DNA of 64,000 bases. Origin: Promethearchaeota archaeon (lineage in GTDB: Archaea > Asgardarchaeota > Lokiarchaeia > Sigyniarchaeales > SOKP01). The DNA lies in assembly GCA_016839555.1 (NCBI GenBank), contig JAEOUA010000009.1, positions 61,221-125,220 of the forward strand, given 5' to 3'. The position numbers and the translations under genes are program-made. The notes under the pieces are model-generated. The model was given only the letters and a program-made list of their open reading frames with translations, searched no databases and was not told where the DNA came from. Shown here piece by piece: positions 18,589-28,666 of this stretch (the stretch's first letter is position 1; each line of letters starts with the position of its first letter).

Positions 18589-19833
18589 ATGACGGAAGCA
18601 GCAAAAAGTAAAATTAAAAATGATAAAGAAAAGCGAGTGGATACTATTCTTAACAAAGTTAAGAATTCGGTAAATTATTGCTATAATTGTAATCGATGCG
18701 TGAACGTTTGTCCTCTAAGTCATTTGGGAGTTTTTTCACCTCGTAATCTTATTAATGATTTAGCTTTCCTCCCTTTGGAAGAAGCTTTAGAAAATAATAA
18801 TATTTGGCTTTGTTTAACATGTGGGCAATGTAATACCTATTGTCCAATGACAAATCAAAAGGAAGGGGTTCATATACCAGAATTAATACTTGAATTAAGA
18901 GATATAACTTCAGAAAATAGTCTTGAGTATGAGAAAATGCTTCAGTGTGAAACTCATGATGGAATATTTCCTCTATTAACGAAAATTCAAGCAGAAAATC
19001 CTTTACCACCGGATAAATTGGATTTTCTTAATGATACAACCTTTAAAACTTCTAAATCTGGACCATTAGCATATTTTGTAGGATGTCTACCCATTATGGA
19101 ACAGACTTTATATAGACTTGGGATAACTTATACTAATAGCGCTAAGTCGATAATTGGGTTATTAAATGAAGGAGGTATTACTCCAGTGGTATTAAATGAA
19201 AAATGCTGCGGGCATGATATTTTATGGGGGAAAGGGGATGTTGAAATATTTAAAAAATTAGCGCGCTATAATGTAGATCTATATAGAAATGCAGGAGTAA
19301 AAACAATAATTTTTGGATGCGCAGAGGGATATAGAACTTGGAAATATGATTATCCCAAATATATAGAAAATTTTGATTTTGAAATTCTTCATTATTCTGA
19401 ATTTATACTTAAAAAAGATATTCTTAGTGACATACGGTTTCCGCAAAATTTAGATATAAAAGTTACCTATCACGATCCTTGCCGATTAGGGAGAATGGGA
19501 GGTCATGTGTATGATGCTCCGCGAGAGCTCATAAAACAAATTCCTGGCGTTGAATTAATTGAGATGAAAAATATTAAAGAGGATGCCCTTTGCTGTGGTG
19601 TTTCTGCTTTTTCGAATTGTAATGAATATACAAGAATATTGCGTCAGAATCGTATTCAAGAGGCCTTAGACACTGGAGCAGAATATCTATTAGTTTCTTG
19701 TCCCAAATGTCTTTCTCATTTTAATTGTTATTTACAAGAGCCTACCCTCAATGAAACTCAAAAAGATTTAAAAAATAAAATTAAAATTATGGACTTATCT
19801 ACATTTATTGGTATGATATTATTATATTTTTAA
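18589..19833 (+). CDS. HdrD/GlpC-like Fe-S oxidoreductase
   Basis: Two ferredoxin motifs plus two CCG domains (CCG, CAEG, YHDPC, CCG, CPKC). Confidence 0.88.
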   Translation: MTEAAKSKIKNDKEKRVDTILNKVKNSVNYCYNCNRCVNVCPLSHLGVFSPRNLINDLAFLPLEEALENNNIWLCLTCGQCNTYCPMTNQKEGVHIPELILELRDITSENSLEYEKMLQCETHDGIFPLLTKIQAENPLPPDKLDFLNDTTFKTSKSGPLAYFVGCLPIMEQTLYRLGITYTNSAKSIIGLLNEGGITPVVLNEKCCGHDILWGKGDVEIFKKLARYNVDLYRNAGVKTIIFGCAEGYRTWKYDYPKYIENFDFEILHYSEFILKKDILSDIRFPQNLDIKVTYHDPCRLGRMGGHVYDAPRELIKQIPGVELIEMKNIKEDALCCGVSAFSNCNEYTRILRQNRIQEALDTGAEYLLVSCPKCLSHFNCYLQEPTLNETQKDLKNKIKIMDLSTFIGMILLYF

Positions 19834-19850
19834 TAAGGGATAAATATTAT

Positions 19851-20066
19851 TTACTTTTCTCTCCATTCCGTCCCGCATCTACCGCATTTGTATTTTTTCC
19901 CATACACTCTTGGATAATCCATAATAATATTATTCTTGTCAGTACTCTCATGGATCATATGAGGATTTTCTTCTCCACAATTGGGACATACCCGACGTCC
20001 TTCCGTTTTTGCTACCGTTAAGATCTCATCTTCTGGAGCTTCTGCCATTTTTTTATTCATCTCCAA
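19851..20066 (-). CDS. Small zinc-ribbon protein (start may be the ATG at 20060 or later)
   Basis: CPNCG...CGRCG motifs. Confidence 0.75.
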   Translation of the reverse strand: MEMNKKMAEAPEDEILTVAKTEGRRVCPNCGEENPHMIHESTDKNNIIMDYPRVYGKKYKCGRCGTEWREK

Positions 20067-20522
20067 TTTATTTGATATATATTTATTTTATAGTGTTTTT
20101 TCTTAAAAATATTTTAACTGTTTTATATTTTTTTCTTATTTAAGATATAATATCTCTAGTATATACATAAAATTAGTATTCATAAAATTATGCTAGAATT
20201 TTATAATATAATTTTCATATAGGCTTTATTATTTATATTATCGATGGAGAGAATATTTCCATTCTTAATTACTTATACCTCTCAAATGTATTACTTTATT
20301 CTATAATTCTCTTTTTTACATTTACATTTAAAACTTGATATATAAATTTGAACTATATTTATTATAAAATTTTATGTTTTTTTTGATAATAAGTTATAAC
20401 ATTATACCTAATTGCTTCTTATAACCTAAAATAGTTATTTATTAAATTTCATAAAAACAACATTAATAAGAAATTATGATTTTAAATACATAACTTTCAT
20501 TTATATCATGTAGGGGATACAA

Positions 20523-20702
20523 GTGAGTAATAAGTATAGAACCATAAGAATTCTTGCGGATTTAGTTGAGTCCATCTTAAAAATTATTGAAAAAAATAAT
20601 GAATTAGGTTATAGAAGTCATTCAGAAAGTATAATATATTGCGCAAGAAGGAGAGTTGAAGACTTTTTTGATTTAGAGAAACCTAAAAACAAAATATCAT
20701 AA
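20523..20702 (+). CDS. Ribbon-helix-helix (CopG/Arc/MetJ-like) protein, copy 1
   Basis: Manual translation from GTG: MSNKYRTIRILADLVESILKIIEKNNELGYRSHSESIIYCARRRVEDFFDLEKPKNKIS. Confidence 0.72.
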   Translation: MSNKYRTIRILADLVESILKIIEKNNELGYRSHSESIIYCARRRVEDFFDLEKPKNKIS

Positions 20703-20947
20703 TTATATTAAATTTAATCTTTAATTTTGAGAATCCTTTTTATTTCTTCAAAGAAAAATCTTTTTTTCAATAAATAGTATTATTATTTTTAAATAAAATA
20801 ATATTAGAATAGAAGTTTTTAAAATTTTTTTATTAATCATTAGAATAATAAAATTAATAAATTTAACAAGTCAAATACGTATTTCTAGCAAATATAATTA
20901 AATTATAACTCATTAACTATTAAAATAAAAGAAATATTACTATTCTT

Positions 20948-21121
20948 ATGGTGAAGAAATATAGAACGGTTAGGATCCCCGATGACCTTGTAAAATCAAT
21001 CTTAAGAATTATTAATGAGTATAACGATTTGGGATATAGATCACACTCAGAATTTATCATTGATTCTGTGAGAAGAAGAGTTGAACAATTATTACATTAT
21101 ACTAAAGGTAATTCTAACTAA
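20948..21121 (+). CDS. Ribbon-helix-helix protein, copy 2
   Basis: MVKKYRTVRIPDDLVKSILRIINEYNDLGYRSHSEFIIDSVRRRVEQLLHYTKGNSN. Confidence 0.82.
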   Translation: MVKKYRTVRIPDDLVKSILRIINEYNDLGYRSHSEFIIDSVRRRVEQLLHYTKGNSN

Positions 21122-21314
21122 TAATAGAAAGGATTTTTCTTTTTTTTTATCATTTTATTGAAATAGAAAAGTGTTTCATGAAGCTTTTTACACTTTTTAA
21201 GATTAATAAAATAAAATAATGTATTTTTTATTAGAGAATTCTCTTTGTATATTAAAAATATTAACTTTTTCTTAAATTATAAAATTGTATATTAAGAATT
21301 ATAGGTGATTAATA

Positions 21315-21479
21315 GTGGTAGAATATCGTACAATAAGAGTTCCAAACGACCTAGTAGAATCAATTTTAAAAATTATTAAAGAGCATAAAGATTTAGGATA
21401 CCGAAGTCATTCAGAATTCATTATTGATTGTGTAAGAAGAAGAGTTGAAAATTTTAGAAACCTGTCAAAAAAAAAGTAA
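21315..21479 (+). CDS. Ribbon-helix-helix protein, copy 3
   Basis: GTG start after an AGGTGA ribosome-binding site: MVEYRTIRVPNDLVESILKIIKEHKDLGYRSHSEFIIDCVRRRVENFRNLSKKK. Confidence 0.82.
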   Translation: MVEYRTIRVPNDLVESILKIIKEHKDLGYRSHSEFIIDCVRRRVENFRNLSKKK

Positions 21480-21698
21480 TAAATTAAGCGAAAAGACTTA
21501 TTGGTTCTTTTTCCCGAATCTTTTCTAAAATAGAATTATTCTTGAAAAAAATATTTTTATATCAATTTTTATTTGTTTTTTTAACAATTAATGACTGATT
21601 TAGGTATTTTTAGATTAATCAAATCCTGAGACTGTCGAATTTATTAATGATCATTCCTTTTTTTATCATAAAATAATATATTTTGAATATGATTAGTC

Positions 21699-21977
21699 AT
21701 GAAAACGGAAAATTATTCACAAAAAACGATCATGAAATCCGCTGAATTATTTAAAAATTTAAAAAATTCCCTAATAGGTTTATCGGAGATCCTAAAAATT
21801 AATTTTAATGTGGATTATTTTCTATATCAAGCTGGAATAGAGAACATTATCGCTTTAGGAAAAAATATTCCTGAACTAATAAACAATTCTTATAGTTCAC
21901 CAAAATTCATAAATGAGTTAATAAAAACTAATTATTATAATAGAAATAAAACCAATAAAACAAAAATCTCTACTTAA
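21699..21977 (+). CDS. Hypothetical protein
   Basis: 92-codon ORF in very AT-rich DNA with no recognised motif. Confidence 0.5.
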   Translation: MKTENYSQKTIMKSAELFKNLKNSLIGLSEILKINFNVDYFLYQAGIENIIALGKNIPELINNSYSSPKFINELIKTNYYNRNKTNKTKIST

Positions 21978-22053
21978 ATTCTATTTTATTTTAGATTTGA
22001 TATTGGAATAAAAACTTTGATCTAAAAATTCTCCTTTCTCTATAAAAAAAAAA

Positions 22054-23586
22054 CAGTAACAAAGTAAGTAGATCTTATTAATTCCAATAAATTGGGATTG
22101 TTGCTATCTAAACCTTCTTTTTATTAATCAATTGTGAATATTACTTTTATTTATTTCCATATTTCAGAGTAAAACCATAAAATTAATAAGAAAGAAGTGA
22201 TAATATTTATGTATGCTCGTACAAAAAATATTTCCTACTTCTTTTCAGAATTTAGGAATCAAATCACTTCTTTCTAATGATAGTATCACCGCATTTTTTA
22301 AAAAGTTTTGTACTGCAGTTATTTCTCGCATGTGGAAGTTCAAAAGGGGAAAAAATTCTCGATATGAAGAGCAAGATTTTCTCAAGGTATTTTTTCTCTC
22401 TGAATTATTAGGTAGATCTATTCATGAGACCAGCGAGCTACTGAATGCTTATTTATTAAGTAAGCGGCGGGGAAGACCGAAAATATTCATGGATGGAAGA
22501 AGAAAGCGTCAAATTCCGCATCAAACAGAAGTAAACAAATACCTCCGCAAGATTGGACTAAAAAAAGCTCAGAATATTTTGCGTGAATGTTTGGATGAGC
22601 AGCTTTTAGAGGCTTTAGACCGGGGGCTCATCTCAAAAAAAGTGAATGTGCTTATTGACTTTACAGAGCATCCCTATTTTGGAAAAAGGGATGATGCTAT
22701 GATTAAGGGAACAAATCGGCAAAAAGGAACGAAGAAAATGCGCCATTATCTCGGCTTCTCGATTTTATCTCGAGGGACTCATCTGTATGTAGGATTAAAG
22801 CAAGTGGCAACAGGACAATCTAAAATACCAATTATATTGAAAACACTTACACATTTGCTTGATCTGGGATTTAAATTAGGAAAAGTGATGATGGATAGAG
22901 AATTCTATAGAGCAGAGTTATTAGACCGAATAAAGGGAATGGGGGGCGAGGTAATTGTTCCTGCAAAGAAGTATAAAAAAATTAAACAATATCTTGTAGA
23001 TTATTTTAAGGGAACGCATGGTAGAGTGCGTAAATACACCTTTTCTAGCAAATTGGGTGCGGAATGCCGATATTCGCAACATGTTTATGTGATAATAAAA
23101 GCAAAAAACCAGTTTACTCTTCAAGGTGTCAAAAGAGCGTATAGAGCGGGAAAAATATCCTTAGACGATGCTCGGAAGCGTTTATTCCTTATCATGACTA
23201 CTGAGAAACCAAGGGGTAAGACCAGCTCATGGACATCCCGCACAGCATTATTTTATCGTCGGCGGTGGTTAATAGAGACGGGGTTTTCCGACTTAAATCG
23301 AATTAATCGTCGTTGGAGATCGAACTGTGATAACGTACGGTATTTGGATATGCTGGTAAGGCTTCTGCTTTATAATTCGTGGAAGATGAATAAGAAAATG
23401 CTTCAAAAAACGAACAGAAAAGAAGGAAGGAAGATAGCATGGACACTAAATCGAAATCAAGATGTTCTACTAAATTATTTGCTCCCTCATTAAAAAAAAT
23501 CATGAGGCATTCTGGCTCAATATATTTTTATGTCGGAGCTAGTCAATATAGAAAAAGAATAAAAAAAAATAAATACTTAGATACTC
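22054..23586 (+). mobile_element. Insertion sequence, ISH3/IS4-like
   Basis: Imperfect terminal inverted repeats: CAGTAACAAAGTA at the left and the reverse complement of the right end GAGTATCTAAGTA (10/13 match). A-tracts on both flanks. Encloses a DDE transposase. Confidence 0.7.
22213..23493 (+). CDS. DDE transposase (ISH3/IS4-like)
   Basis: VLIDFT, MMDREF and YRRRWLIETGF (Y-R-E signature). Very basic protein and higher GC than the flanks. Confidence 0.9.
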   Translation: MLVQKIFPTSFQNLGIKSLLSNDSITAFFKKFCTAVISRMWKFKRGKNSRYEEQDFLKVFFLSELLGRSIHETSELLNAYLLSKRRGRPKIFMDGRRKRQIPHQTEVNKYLRKIGLKKAQNILRECLDEQLLEALDRGLISKKVNVLIDFTEHPYFGKRDDAMIKGTNRQKGTKKMRHYLGFSILSRGTHLYVGLKQVATGQSKIPIILKTLTHLLDLGFKLGKVMMDREFYRAELLDRIKGMGGEVIVPAKKYKKIKQYLVDYFKGTHGRVRKYTFSSKLGAECRYSQHVYVIIKAKNQFTLQGVKRAYRAGKISLDDARKRLFLIMTTEKPRGKTSSWTSRTALFYRRRWLIETGFSDLNRINRRWRSNCDNVRYLDMLVRLLLYNSWKMNKKMLQKTNRKEGRKIAWTLNRNQDVLLNYLLPH

Positions 23587-23616
23587 AAAAAAAAAAAAAA
23601 AATTTTCTAAAAAGTT

Positions 23617-24114
23617 TTATTTGTCTGGAGTTCTTCTGCCTAACCAGTTTTCGTAAAACGTATCAATATCCGGTAAGAAGTTAAAAATTACAGGATACCC
23701 CGGAGGAACCGTTTCCACATCTAATAGAGTAAAACATCCTGGACAATAAAATTCTCGTAATTCCTCCCATTCGGGGGAGCACCCCATATTTTCGGGGTAT
23801 AGTTCACGTATGGATTCTGCATTGTCTCTTACTCTAATTCTGCATTTTGTTTTCCAGTTTTCTTGATAGGTTCCAAATTCATAGCCACAATCACACTTAA
23901 CGATTCGTTTATTATTTTTCGACACGATATAGAGGTGTTCGTGAAGAGGAAGCAATATTTTTTCCTCCCATGGAACTTTTTCTTGCAATATTTCCATAAC
24001 CAGATCAAATCTCTGAGGGTCCTTTTTTCCGGCAATTATTGGCTTTAATTCTTCCCATTTGAGGGTTCCTTCTAATAATCTTTCAATTGTTTTTTTATCA
24101 TATTTTTCTGACAT
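23617..24114 (-). CDS. acxC: Acetone carboxylase gamma subunit
   Basis: ILLPLHEHLYIV, CDCG, NWK, REFYCPGC, E..PPGYP and FLPDIDTFY..WLG motifs. Confidence 0.88.
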   Translation of the reverse strand: MSEKYDKKTIERLLEGTLKWEELKPIIAGKKDPQRFDLVMEILQEKVPWEEKILLPLHEHLYIVSKNNKRIVKCDCGYEFGTYQENWKTKCRIRVRDNAESIRELYPENMGCSPEWEELREFYCPGCFTLLDVETVPPGYPVIFNFLPDIDTFYENWLGRRTPDK

Positions 24115-24116
24115 AT

Positions 24117-26333
24117 TTAATCCACCTCCATGTGGAAATCTTCTGGTAATTTCCAGAAGTCAATAAATAATTTTCTCCACTTTTGAGATAATGTGATACT
24201 TTCTGAAAACATTAATTTTACCTGATCACTTAGCTTACCCTCAGTTATTTTACTTTTCTCATAATTCCAAAACTCCTCAAATGACATCGATTTCTCTTTT
24301 CTTTCATTTCTAATCTCTTCCCTTCTCCTCTGAGTTGCCTCTGTATCAATAATCCATTCTTCTTGTTCTTCGCTATAATTGGCATTTACACCATAAGCAT
24401 TATATATAATATCTTTGGTATAAATTCCTTTATCCAAATCTTCTTTTACGCTCTTTAAATCTCTTTCCAAGGGGTCTCCATATCCCGGACCACCACTCTC
24501 AGGGAAATACACTAAATCATAATTTTCCAGCATAACCGGATAGATAGAAGACCAAGGCTTTCTGATAATATCAGCCTCCAACAATCTTTCAAAATCTCCA
24601 TTACTAGGGTCATCGTCTCCAATGGGATATTCCTTTTGATTATCTATTATTTCCTTCATATTGGTATTTTTTGCGATTAAGCGATAACCAGTAGCATGTG
24701 GAAATCCGCCATGCATCCCACCAGCGCCATGAAATGCCAGTCCATCTCTCGCGCCGAAAAAATCAACATCTTCAGAATTGGCGACCATAGCAACTCCCGC
24801 ATAATTAGCACCGCCACGATATTTCCCATGTCCCGCAGTATTTGGTTTAACTTTTCGTGCTAGATAGGGAACCCCTCCTTGAAATAATTCCCATGTTTCT
24901 ACATCTCCTAAATCTGATTCTGGATTCCACATCGCATATCCCCAATCTAGACCATCTTTTACGGCACTCGCACCCAATCCTTGTCCACTAATCTCAAACG
25001 TAGATAAAGCCCATCGCTCTCCTTTTAAGGGACCGCTTGAATAGATACCTCCACCTTGTATGGCGTCACCAGTAAAGCCATATCCAGGAACCACTTCCTC
25101 GCGGTATCCACGAGAAAATAATCCATATGAGATACATTTCATCATACCCGTATAAGCAGGAATCAAGTTACCCCAAGGACTCTGATATGATAAATAAGGA
25201 TCTCCAGGATTGCACCATGAACCTAATGGATAATTTTTTTTAACACCAAAATATGCTCCGTCATTCACCTTATCTCCATAAATCAAGACTTGAGTTAATA
25301 GAACCCATTGACCACCTTCCATTGCCCCTTTTCCACAATTCATTGGATTAGGTCCTGGACCACTGCATCCCTCGAAATCCAAATCTAGAGTTCCATCTTC
25401 CTCAACAATGATTTCTAAAGGTTCATTCGTTATTTTATTCACTTTTGCTCTAGGTTGCCAAGCCTCTTCTTTGAGTGGAAGATCGAAGAACGCGGCAGCT
25501 CTATATCTCCCAGGTATTAATCTTTCTTTGACTCTTTTCTGAAGAATTCTCCTTCCTTCCTCGATAGCTTCTCTAATGAATTTTTTATAATATGTTATTC
25601 CTTCCTCTTTAATAAACTCTAATAACGCATCTCTAATCATTAGATCTCCAGCCAAACGACACTTTTCATCAAGCTCCCAATATAAGGGGGTTCGTACTGA
25701 TCTGCGGGCATTAATCATATGATCCTTCCAAATTTTATCGTTAGAACCGATTTTTCGACAAGTATAATAGACTCCATCATCAAAACGCTGTATTGCTGCG
25801 ACCAAATCATGTCCTGGAGTAATGCCACCCGTATCAATTTGATGGGTTACCCCACCAGCCCAGCCAATTAGTTCATCATCATAAAAAATGGGAATAATGG
25901 TTTGTACATCAGTAGTATGAACATTACCACATTCAGGATCATTGTTTAAGAAGATCTCTCCTGAATTAATGCCAGGATCTTCTTCGTAATTTTCTTTAAT
26001 CATAAATTTAATTGCTTCGCTCATAGTATGCACGTGAACTAGAATTCCGGTAGAGACTACCAAGGAGTCTCCTTCAGGTGTATAAAGAGCAAAACAGAGT
26101 TCACCAATTTCTTTTACTATAGGGGATGCAGCAATATGCAATGCAGTTTCTCGTGCAGATACCAGCGCACCTCTAAGGCTTGCATATGCACGCTCATATC
26201 TAAATGGGTTTTCTTCTTTTAAGGAAAGCAATTCTGTTCCATAATATTTCCCTGTATCTTCAATAAGTCGTTCACTTTCTATTAGCATATCTTTTAGAGA
26301 TTTGCCATCCCAACCAATTGGTTTATTTGCCAT
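24117..26333 (-). CDS. acxB: Acetone carboxylase alpha subunit (hydantoinase B family)
   Basis: ARETALHIAASPIVKEIGELCF, HVHTM, HTTD, VTH, WNPESDLGD and GPGYGDP motifs. Confidence 0.88.
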   Translation of the reverse strand: MANKPIGWDGKSLKDMLIESERLIEDTGKYYGTELLSLKEENPFRYERAYASLRGALVSARETALHIAASPIVKEIGELCFALYTPEGDSLVVSTGILVHVHTMSEAIKFMIKENYEEDPGINSGEIFLNNDPECGNVHTTDVQTIIPIFYDDELIGWAGGVTHQIDTGGITPGHDLVAAIQRFDDGVYYTCRKIGSNDKIWKDHMINARRSVRTPLYWELDEKCRLAGDLMIRDALLEFIKEEGITYYKKFIREAIEEGRRILQKRVKERLIPGRYRAAAFFDLPLKEEAWQPRAKVNKITNEPLEIIVEEDGTLDLDFEGCSGPGPNPMNCGKGAMEGGQWVLLTQVLIYGDKVNDGAYFGVKKNYPLGSWCNPGDPYLSYQSPWGNLIPAYTGMMKCISYGLFSRGYREEVVPGYGFTGDAIQGGGIYSSGPLKGERWALSTFEISGQGLGASAVKDGLDWGYAMWNPESDLGDVETWELFQGGVPYLARKVKPNTAGHGKYRGGANYAGVAMVANSEDVDFFGARDGLAFHGAGGMHGGFPHATGYRLIAKNTNMKEIIDNQKEYPIGDDDPSNGDFERLLEADIIRKPWSSIYPVMLENYDLVYFPESGGPGYGDPLERDLKSVKEDLDKGIYTKDIIYNAYGVNANYSEEQEEWIIDTEATQRRREEIRNERKEKSMSFEEFWNYEKSKITEGKLSDQVKLMFSESITLSQKWRKLFIDFWKLPEDFHMEVD

Positions 26334-26336
26334 ATT

Positions 26337-28478
26337 TTACACCTCCATATGGAAAATTCTATGTGTATCTAATTTTACCCGGTGACCAGGAGGGACCAGG
26401 AGTGTAGTTGCTGGAGCTTCAATTATCGAGGGACCTTCAATTATATTTCCACAATTTAATAATTCCATTTCCCATAGGGAAGCTTCATGCCACCCACCTT
26501 CCCAATAAATATCTCTATATCCTTTGGATGCTGTTTCGGGAGGTTTTTCGCCTATAAATTCTTTTTGTGGGAGTTTAGGTTTGGGAACGGGAACAATACC
26601 AGTAGCAATTGCTTTTGTAATATGATACCCTAATTCGGGACTTTTTGTCCCACGTCTGAATATCTCTTCAAATAAGTCATTATATCGTTTTGTAAGTTCA
26701 CTTAAATCTTCTGGTTTAACCATTTCAAAAGGAGAATTTACTTCCAAATCATCTAACATTCCTAAATATTGTATTTTCAAGGATGGTTTGAAAGTCATTT
26801 CATTAGGATCTCGTCCTTCTTTTTTAAATTCATCACTTATATCTTTTTTCAACTGGCCCCAGGTTGCATTTAACATCATTGCGACAGCATCATTCATACT
26901 TCCATCTGGAGTAATTATTAAATCTACTGTTTTTTCATGCCGATAGGAATGATCAGCACAAGCACATCCAAATGCAGAAAAAGCTGGAGCCCATTCTGGG
27001 ATAAGTATATCTTCGAACCTTAAATTTTTTGAATATCCCGCTACATGTAGAGGTCCTCCACCGCCAAAAGAAACTAATGTATAATTTTCAGGTCTAAAAC
27101 CTAATCCTTGTATCATAGCTTGAAGATGATTTTTCATATTTATGTCAATCAAATCAAGCGCCCCTCTTGCCGTACTATAAGGATCCGAATTCATCGGTTC
27201 CGCAATTTGCGCCTCAATGTAATCAAAAGCTCTTTTTTTGTTAAGAGGTACTTTACCTCCAAGAAAATATTCTGGATTAAGATATCCCAATATTATACTA
27301 CAATCAGTCATGGTTACAGTTTCCACACCAGCAGCTTCATTACAGACGCCAATAAGATGTCCTGCACTTTCCGGTCCAAATTCTAATCTTCCTGAGATGT
27401 CATTATATCTCACATACATACCGGTTCCCGCTCCAATAGAATCCAAAGCAATCATAGGTATATTTAAAATAAATTTACCTAAGCTAGATTCCCATTTTGT
27501 TGGAATATATCTTTTACTTAAAATACCTACATCGAAACTAGTTCCACCTACATCAGATGAAACTAAATTAGTTAAATTATATTCTTCTGATAAGAATTTC
27601 GTTCCAATCATCCCCCCTATTGGTCCTGAAACCATTGTGGAAATCAGACTTTTATGATGAGGTGATATGGTGCCCCCATATGATGTTAAAATTCTAAGTG
27701 GTGCTTGGACCCCTTTTGCTTTTAAAGTTTCTGCTATATTAATCATTTGTGCTCGAGATGGTTCAGCTGCATATTGTTCGATTACGAGGGCATTAAGTCG
27801 TGGAGTTTCGCCTCTAATGGGATTATGATCGCTTGAAAGAATAACAGGAATATTAACACCTTTTTTTTTCATTATTCGATTAGCTAATCGGGCTACTTGC
27901 TTTTCATGTCTTGGGTTCATGTAGGAACATAAGAGACAGACACATATGCTATCAACTCCTCTTTCAATTAGATCATTTACCGCATCTTCTACTTCATCTT
28001 TATATAAAGGAATGAGTTCCTCTCCCCAAAAATTAATTCTTCCGCGAACTCCTTTAATATTTTTTTGGCTTATTAAAGGTTCTGGGTGTTGATGTTCTCT
28101 TGCATGTAAACGACCGCCATAATCAAGCCAAATCCATGCTTGCAGTGCACGACCCAATCTTAGAAGATCCTCAAAGCCCTTATTAACAATAACTCCAATA
28201 TTGCTATTTCCTTCCCGCTCTAATAATCTGTTTAACATTGCTGTTCCTGAATAAACTAATGCGTCAACACTTTCCCCAACCTCATCGATTGAAATGTTCC
28301 ATAGATTAAGACAATCATTAATGGAATTCATTATTCCCACAGACTCTTTTTCAGGAGTCGTGACTGCTTTTCCCACAGAAAAACGGCCTTTATCGTCAAT
28401 AATAAAGGTATCTGACATAGTCCCACCTGTATCTAAGGCTATCGCTCGTGGCCGTATAGAATTTTCAGTATTCGACAT
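26337..28478 (-). CDS. acxA: Acetone carboxylase beta subunit (hydantoinase A family)
   Basis: DTGGTMSD, YSGTAMLNRLL, SGPIGG, DVGGTSFD, SIGAGTG and FGGGGPLH motifs. Confidence 0.88.
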   Translation of the reverse strand: MSNTENSIRPRAIALDTGGTMSDTFIIDDKGRFSVGKAVTTPEKESVGIMNSINDCLNLWNISIDEVGESVDALVYSGTAMLNRLLEREGNSNIGVIVNKGFEDLLRLGRALQAWIWLDYGGRLHAREHQHPEPLISQKNIKGVRGRINFWGEELIPLYKDEVEDAVNDLIERGVDSICVCLLCSYMNPRHEKQVARLANRIMKKKGVNIPVILSSDHNPIRGETPRLNALVIEQYAAEPSRAQMINIAETLKAKGVQAPLRILTSYGGTISPHHKSLISTMVSGPIGGMIGTKFLSEEYNLTNLVSSDVGGTSFDVGILSKRYIPTKWESSLGKFILNIPMIALDSIGAGTGMYVRYNDISGRLEFGPESAGHLIGVCNEAAGVETVTMTDCSIILGYLNPEYFLGGKVPLNKKRAFDYIEAQIAEPMNSDPYSTARGALDLIDINMKNHLQAMIQGLGFRPENYTLVSFGGGGPLHVAGYSKNLRFEDILIPEWAPAFSAFGCACADHSYRHEKTVDLIITPDGSMNDAVAMMLNATWGQLKKDISDEFKKEGRDPNEMTFKPSLKIQYLGMLDDLEVNSPFEMVKPEDLSELTKRYNDLFEEIFRRGTKSPELGYHITKAIATGIVPVPKPKLPQKEFIGEKPPETASKGYRDIYWEGGWHEASLWEMELLNCGNIIEGPSIIEAPATTLLVPPGHRVKLDTHRIFHMEV

Positions 28479-28666
28479 TTTTTATCATCCAATTTTGATT
28501 TAATTAAGAATTTTCTATATGTTTTTGATTTAAATTTTTAAAAAAATATATTTTTTTAACAATTCATTTATTCTTTTTCTTAATTTATAAATTTTTATCT
28601 TTTTAAAAGGGGTAGAAAAAGAAAAAAGACAAAAAAAATGAATAAAATTTAAAAAAAATTAAGAAA

